Source: a virus
IMG/VR virus record: IMGVR_UViG_3300002042_000001
Coordinates: 1-64,000 of that record
DNA length: 64,000 nt
Direction: 5' to 3' (one strand)
Positions 59,252 through 64,000 of the stretch are shown here, in pieces (within the stretch, counting starts at the first letter, position 1; each line of letters begins with the position of its first letter). The notes below the pieces were generated by a model. That model was not told the origin of the DNA. It did no database searches and was given only the letters and a program-made list of their open reading frames with translations. The translations under genes were made by a program, and so were the position numbers.

Positions 59252-59605
59252 ATGGGTGACATTCCAACAATAACAATCGGCGAAAGCCCATCTAAGTTTC
59301 GACGCACGATGGATGATAACGTCATCAAATCTGACAGCGACGGTGGTTATGAATTCCGCCGCCGCAGGTTTACGCGTAAGCCGTCTTATATATTCCAGAC
59401 AGGTTTTATTGGTATTTCACAAGCTGAAAAAGACACCTTAGAAGCCTTTTGGGAAGATAAGTTGACTGACACCGCGTTCACGTATGACGACTATATCAAC
59501 GGCTCTTCGTATAACGTTACATTTGACAAACCAATGGATTTCAAATATACGGGCGTTGGTCCAACCCGAATTTGGGAAGTGACGATATATATGAGGCAAG
59601 TTTAA
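59252..59605 (+). CDS. minor tail protein (lambda gpM-like position)
   Basis: 117 aa directly after TMP. Confidence 0.6.
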   Translation: MGDIPTITIGESPSKFRRTMDDNVIKSDSDGGYEFRRRRFTRKPSYIFQTGFIGISQAEKDTLEAFWEDKLTDTAFTYDDYINGSSYNVTFDKPMDFKYTGVGPTRIWEVTIYMRQV

Positions 59606-60231
59606 TGGCGAAACGACATATTTCAGTTGAGACCGCTATCGAGAAGAATAAGGTTGTATCTGCAACTCCGATCATCATTTTGATGGAAATAAATCTGACG
59701 AACCCTAATACGCGTGTGGTGGATGAAGTTATTCGCATCGCTCGCAATGATGAAAATATCACATTCAACGGCGAGTTGTATTTAGCTGGTAACTTCAATG
59801 TGAGCGTCAATAACAAGAAGGGTGAGCAAGCGTCTATCGACTTGACCGCAAGTGACCCTACGGGCTTCATTCGGTCTAAAATGGATGCTTACGCTGGTGG
59901 TGTGGTATCGACCGTACAGTTGATGACGGTAAATGCTGATCGACTGGACAAGCCAGAAGAGCTTTCTGAAAAATTCTCTGTAATTTCATCTTCTGTGAAA
60001 GATGTTGATCTGACGTTCCGACTTGGTGTCGCTAACGCTCTCGCGTTCTCGTTTCCGCGCAACCGTCAGTTTAGAGACCGCTGCTCGTGGCGGTTCAAAG
60101 GGTATGGTTGTCAGTACGCCGGCCCTGACAGCACATGCAGTTACACGTTTGATGGTCCAAATGGCTGCCTCGCAAAAGGAAACCAGAAAAATTATGGTGG
60201 ACTTCGAGGTCTAGTTCCGTTAAACGTTTAA
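59605..60231 (+). CDS. minor tail protein (gpL-like, Cys cluster)
   Basis: TAATG-coupled; CSWRFKGYGCQY...C...C motif. Confidence 0.65.
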   Translation: MAKRHISVETAIEKNKVVSATPIIILMEINLTNPNTRVVDEVIRIARNDENITFNGELYLAGNFNVSVNNKKGEQASIDLTASDPTGFIRSKMDAYAGGVVSTVQLMTVNADRLDKPEELSEKFSVISSSVKDVDLTFRLGVANALAFSFPRNRQFRDRCSWRFKGYGCQYAGPDSTCSYTFDGPNGCLAKGNQKNYGGLRGLVPLNV

Positions 60232-60259
60232 CTTGTAATCATTCTCAACGCATGGCATA

Positions 60260-60661
60260 ATGACCAAACATTCCGAAAAATTTCAAGTACCATCGTATGC
60301 AGACCTAATCGGCAAACCTTTTCAAAGGGGTGGTCGTGGTCCGAACGAATATGATTGCTACGGATTGGTCCGCGAAATGAATCGACGTGCTGGTATCATT
60401 ATTCCTGACTTCCTTGACCCAGGAACATTAGAAAAGATCGAACACTTGATTGAGCATAATTCAAAAGCATGGAAGAAAGTTCCAATGGGCACTGTGGGTT
60501 CTACGGTGACTATGCGCTTGCGCGGTATTGGTTCGCATGTTGTTTATATGGTCTCTCGTGATAGGTTCTTACATGCAATCGAAGGTTCTAACGTAGTGGT
60601 TGAACGCGCATCTGTAGCGCCTTTTAACAACGCCAAGATCGGAGCGTATGTGTATGAATAA
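60260..60661 (+). CDS. NlpC/P60-family tail peptidase (gpK-like)
   Basis: catalytic Cys context YDCYGLV, downstream His. Confidence 0.7.
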   Translation: MTKHSEKFQVPSYADLIGKPFQRGGRGPNEYDCYGLVREMNRRAGIIIPDFLDPGTLEKIEHLIEHNSKAWKKVPMGTVGSTVTMRLRGIGSHVVYMVSRDRFLHAIEGSNVVVERASVAPFNNAKIGAYVYE

Positions 60662-63600
60662 CGCCCCCGTCTTGATGGAAGATGATCGCAAGGTTGATCT
60701 GCATATTATGTACGATGTGCTTAATCCGACTGAGATTGAGCAACACGAGCTTGAATGGTATCGCGGCGTTACGCTGGGTGATTACCTGCAAGGTCTCGAC
60801 GACTCTGTTGATTGGATGGTGTTTCATAATGGCGTTGAGGTTGAAAATATCGAAGCTGCGAAAGATACCGCATTCGAAAAAGGTGACCGTCTATCTCTAG
60901 CGGTAATCCCGCAAGGTGGTGGTGGTTTTAAATCGATACTGCGCGCATTGGTAACAGTAGCGTTCGTGGCAGTAGGCTCAATAATCGGTGGGCCAATCGG
61001 CGCCGCAATTGGTGGGCTCGTAGCAGGGCTCGTAAATGCGTTTCTGCTTACACCGAAGCCTAAAATCTCTGACAATGAGCAAGAGACCACTTACGGTATC
61101 GATGGTGCTAAGAACAGCGCTACCGAGAATATCCCGTTCCCTGTGGTCTATGGTGAATTTCGTCAAGCTGGTAACATTATTGATTTGTATACGGAAAACC
61201 TGGGTGATACTCAGTACCTTTACATGCGTATGGTTATGGCTGATGGTCTCATTGAGGGTATGACCGATATTGAGGTTAACGAACAGCCAATCGATAACTT
61301 CGACAATGTTTCCACCAAGACCACTCTCGGCGAGCTTAACCCTGTTATCAACCCTTGGTTTCAAAACACCATTCGTCAGATTAACAAAAACATCAAACTC
61401 GACACCAGTTGGACCGAGCATGAAACGACCGATCAAATCGACCGCGCTCGCTTCGACGTTATGTTCCCTAAAGGCTTGGTTGATATCGACAAGAAAAAGG
61501 GTGACTACCGTAACAGGTCGGTTACCTTTCAGGTTGAATATCGCCCCGATGACGTAACACCTTGGGAGAATATCGAGACTGATATTGTTTCTCAGGCGTC
61601 TCTACCAGACCGCCCAGCAAGCACGACGCAACCTGATATTTCAGGTTTCGACGTTCAGGTTCAAGTTCCTGTGGATGAATTGCGCGATCTGCCACCAAAC
61701 ACTGATCTTGAATTTCAATACCGCAAGGTCGGCGATAGTGTTTGGAATGTTAAGCAGGTTGCCGCTGATGTAGTGCTAGCTAACTCTCAAAGCTCCACAC
61801 CGGAGTTTGCAGAAGAACAGCCGCATAACAATCTTGGTTTTGCGTCTTGGAATTTCTACGAGTACGATATCGATTATGGTGAGTGGGAGTTTGGTACTAA
61901 CTATGGTGGTATCAGCAACGTTCAAGGTTTTCAATCAGGCGGTCAATTCACCGTAACCGATAGTCGTACCGCTCAAATTCGTCGATCTTACCAGACTGGC
62001 GTATTGCCAAAGGGTAACTACGAGCTTCGTATTCGCCGTACCACTGCCACTTCAACGTCTGAGTATATCTTGGACGAAGCGTACCTTACCGATATTGCTG
62101 AAATTGAATCCGATGCAGTTGCGGTAGTTGGTCGCGCTACATTGTCTATTCGTATCAAGCTTACCGATCAATTGAATGCTGTTCCAACGGTAACCGCTCT
62201 GGTGCAGGGCTCTAAAATTCAGAAGTACGATATCGAAGGTAACCCGACTGTCGTCGAGTATGATAACAACCCAGCATGGTGTTACGTTGATGCAATGACC
62301 AGCGTATCTCGCGGTGCGCAAATCTCGGTTGATGATATCGATTGGGCGGCGCTGCACGACTGGGAAGAGCATTGCACGGATAATAGCCTAGAATACAACG
62401 GCGTATTCTCTGGTACGGGTAACGTACATGACGCCGTTGTGGAAATCTGTGGAGTGGGTGATGCCGCCCCAATCAACTTGGGTACTAAGCACTCTGTTGT
62501 GATCGACCGTCCGCGTGAACCAGTACAGATGTTTAACTCTGCCAATATGGTGAAGGAAAGCTTCTCTGTTACGTATATGCCTCTAACTGATCGTGCGAAC
62601 GAATTCGAGGTTACATATTATGACAAGCTAGACCGCAACAAAGAAAAGACCATTCGGTATGTGGACCCTAATGCTGTAGCGTTCAATGAGACGCCGCGAT
62701 CTGTGTCTATTCCGCTTCGTGGTGTTGATAACCGCGAACGTGCGGCTGAAGAATTGTGGAAAATGATCTATGCGAACCGATTGCTGGTTCGTACTGTGAC
62801 GTTCGACGCATATACTGACGTATTGGCGGCATCACTCGGCGATGTAATTCTGGTGCAATCTAATCAGATGGAGTGGTCGCAAGGCGGCTTGATTGGTACT
62901 GGTAGCGACGATCAAAGCGCTATTGTGCTTGACCAAGAAGTTCCATACGTGGGTGGTACATCATACGGCTTGATTATTCAGCACGACGCTGCGAAGGCTT
63001 CCGATGTAACCGTTAGCTCAAAAGTTGGTCAAAAGCTTTTGGTGACGGGTGACGCTAACCTGTACTCTAAAGATATTCACCGCGTCATCATAAACGGCGA
63101 AGACTATCCCGTTGTTAAAGTTGATGACGGCACCACTTATCAGACGATCACACTCGACGGCGATCTTTCTGGTATCAGTGTAAGCGACAATGTTGAATGC
63201 TGGCGCACTGACGTTCTTGAAGAGCGAACCGTAACAGGTCATGCCGTGGTTGATGGTGTAAGCGTTCTAACTCTTGATACTGCATTGGTAGAAGCGCCAG
63301 AATTTGGTAACCGCTTCATCTATGGTGAAGTCACAGAAATCAACCAGCCATATACTATCCAATCAATTACTGGTTCGGGCATCGAGCGTCGTACTGTGTC
63401 CGCTGTCGAATACAACGCTGCTGTGTACAACCCTGGCGAAGTAGCTCTCGAAGTTCCAATTACACCGCTAGACACTCGCGTTGTTCCGCAAGTTAAAGAC
63501 TTGCGCATCGACTTTGATCTAGTATCGAAAATCAACCAGCAAACCGTGAACGTCCACGTTAAGTGGAATAGCGGACACATTCTAAACTATACCGGCGCTG

Positions 63601-64000
63601 ACGTGTACGCTCGCATCAATGGTGCTGACTGGCGTGCTACCAACACGGTATGGAATGTAAATGAAATTCACTTCACCGGAAATATCGATGACGAAATTGA
63701 GGTAAAGGTTGTTGCGTTCAACAATCGCTTCGACCGTTCGCCTATTGCGTACGCTCCGACCACAGAAGCCACTATCGATAATGTGACACTGACTGAAGAC
63801 GGTATCGGTATCAGTTATATCCCTGATGACCCGTTGGACCCAATTGTTCCTATTGAGGATTTGCGCCCAGCAGAAGCTAACTCAACCGAAGGTGCGCCGG
63901 CAGGTACGTTTGTTGCTGGTACGTTGGCTGAAATTGTTGTGTCTGATGCTGCTGTACAAGCTGCGTTGATTTCCGATATTGAAGACGATGTAAGCGATCT
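60654..64000 (+). CDS. tail tip / host-specificity protein, gpI-like N-terminus fused to gpJ-like body; 3' end beyond window
   Basis: frame open from ATG 60654 to the window end (absent from ORF track because no stop is reached); Gly-rich TM-like segment then J-like sequence. Confidence 0.8.
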   Translation, partial: MNNAPVLMEDDRKVDLHIMYDVLNPTEIEQHELEWYRGVTLGDYLQGLDDSVDWMVFHNGVEVENIEAAKDTAFEKGDRLSLAVIPQGGGGFKSILRALVTVAFVAVGSIIGGPIGAAIGGLVAGLVNAFLLTPKPKISDNEQETTYGIDGAKNSATENIPFPVVYGEFRQAGNIIDLYTENLGDTQYLYMRMVMADGLIEGMTDIEVNEQPIDNFDNVSTKTTLGELNPVINPWFQNTIRQINKNIKLDTSWTEHETTDQIDRARFDVMFPKGLVDIDKKKGDYRNRSVTFQVEYRPDDVTPWENIETDIVSQASLPDRPASTTQPDISGFDVQVQVPVDELRDLPPNTDLEFQYRKVGDSVWNVKQVAADVVLANSQSSTPEFAEEQPHNNLGFASWNFYEYDIDYGEWEFGTNYGGISNVQGFQSGGQFTVTDSRTAQIRRSYQTGVLPKGNYELRIRRTTATSTSEYILDEAYLTDIAEIESDAVAVVGRATLSIRIKLTDQLNAVPTVTALVQGSKIQKYDIEGNPTVVEYDNNPAWCYVDAMTSVSRGAQISVDDIDWAALHDWEEHCTDNSLEYNGVFSGTGNVHDAVVEICGVGDAAPINLGTKHSVVIDRPREPVQMFNSANMVKESFSVTYMPLTDRANEFEVTYYDKLDRNKEKTIRYVDPNAVAFNETPRSVSIPLRGVDNRERAAEELWKMIYANRLLVRTVTFDAYTDVLAASLGDVILVQSNQMEWSQGGLIGTGSDDQSAIVLDQEVPYVGGTSYGLIIQHDAAKASDVTVSSKVGQKLLVTGDANLYSKDIHRVIINGEDYPVVKVDDGTTYQTITLDGDLSGISVSDNVECWRTDVLEERTVTGHAVVDGVSVLTLDTALVEAPEFGNRFIYGEVTEINQPYTIQSITGSGIERRTVSAVEYNAAVYNPGEVALEVPITPLDTRVVPQVKDLRIDFDLVSKINQQTVNVHVKWNSGHILNYTGADVYARINGADWRATNTVWNVNEIHFTGNIDDEIEVKVVAFNNRFDRSPIAYAPTTEATIDNVTLTEDGIGISYIPDDPLDPIVPIEDLRPAEANSTEGAPAGTFVAGTLAEIVVSDAAVQAALISDIEDDVSD

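Overview
The window is a dense tailed-phage (Caudoviricetes) genome segment with three transcription blocks. No tools or database searches were used: protein functions are recalled motif matches, and promoters, terminators and small ORFs are hand-read.

**Block 1, about 1-26.75 kb, + strand.** It starts with a tRNA array (Pro partial, Asn, a Trp-like gene, Lys, Tyr, His) interleaved with small membrane and lipoprotein ORFs. About 70 mostly small early or accessory ORFs follow. Recognisable products are ThyA (frame broken), MazG-like pyrophosphatases, a DEDDh exonuclease, an AlkB-like oxygenase, a SpoT/Mesh1-type HD hydrolase and a BRCT protein.

**Block 2, about 26.9-41.2 kb, - strand.** This block is a replication, nucleotide-metabolism and RNA-repair operon. 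It contains an SF2 helicase, a dNMP kinase, a Cmk-like kinase, an overlapped spanin-like pair, an ATP DNA ligase, a dCMP deaminase and a CarF/PEDS1-like desaturase. It also contains an RNA ligase, RtcB and a lambda-type phosphatase.

**Block 3, 41.3-64 kb, + strand.**
- The upstream part is an unusual cluster: ParB-like, Zn-ribbon, ParB-like, unknown, ABC ATPase, GNAT-like, small TM ORF, wHTH.
- The morphogenesis module follows: TerS, TerL, portal, scaffold, capsid, head-tail genes, tail tube, G/G-T chaperone with a GGGAAAC slip site, tape measure, M/L/K-like proteins and an open-ended I-J fusion.

**Main second-look items:**
- Eight unrelated early ORFs share a C-terminal acidic-(NP)-x-W-G-hydrophobic-hydrophobic tail.
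- Three genes carry single in-frame TAG codons, and thyA has a 1-nt frameshift.
- A promoter plus leader cassette is reiterated about 12-15 times.
- A second conserved box (GGTACGGCAGC..CATATA) is embedded partly in coding DNA.
- CCATGG(G) palindromes cluster in long structured spacers between 22.85 and 26.5 kb.
- The tRNA-Trp-like gene has its acceptor 5' strand displaced by 25 nt.
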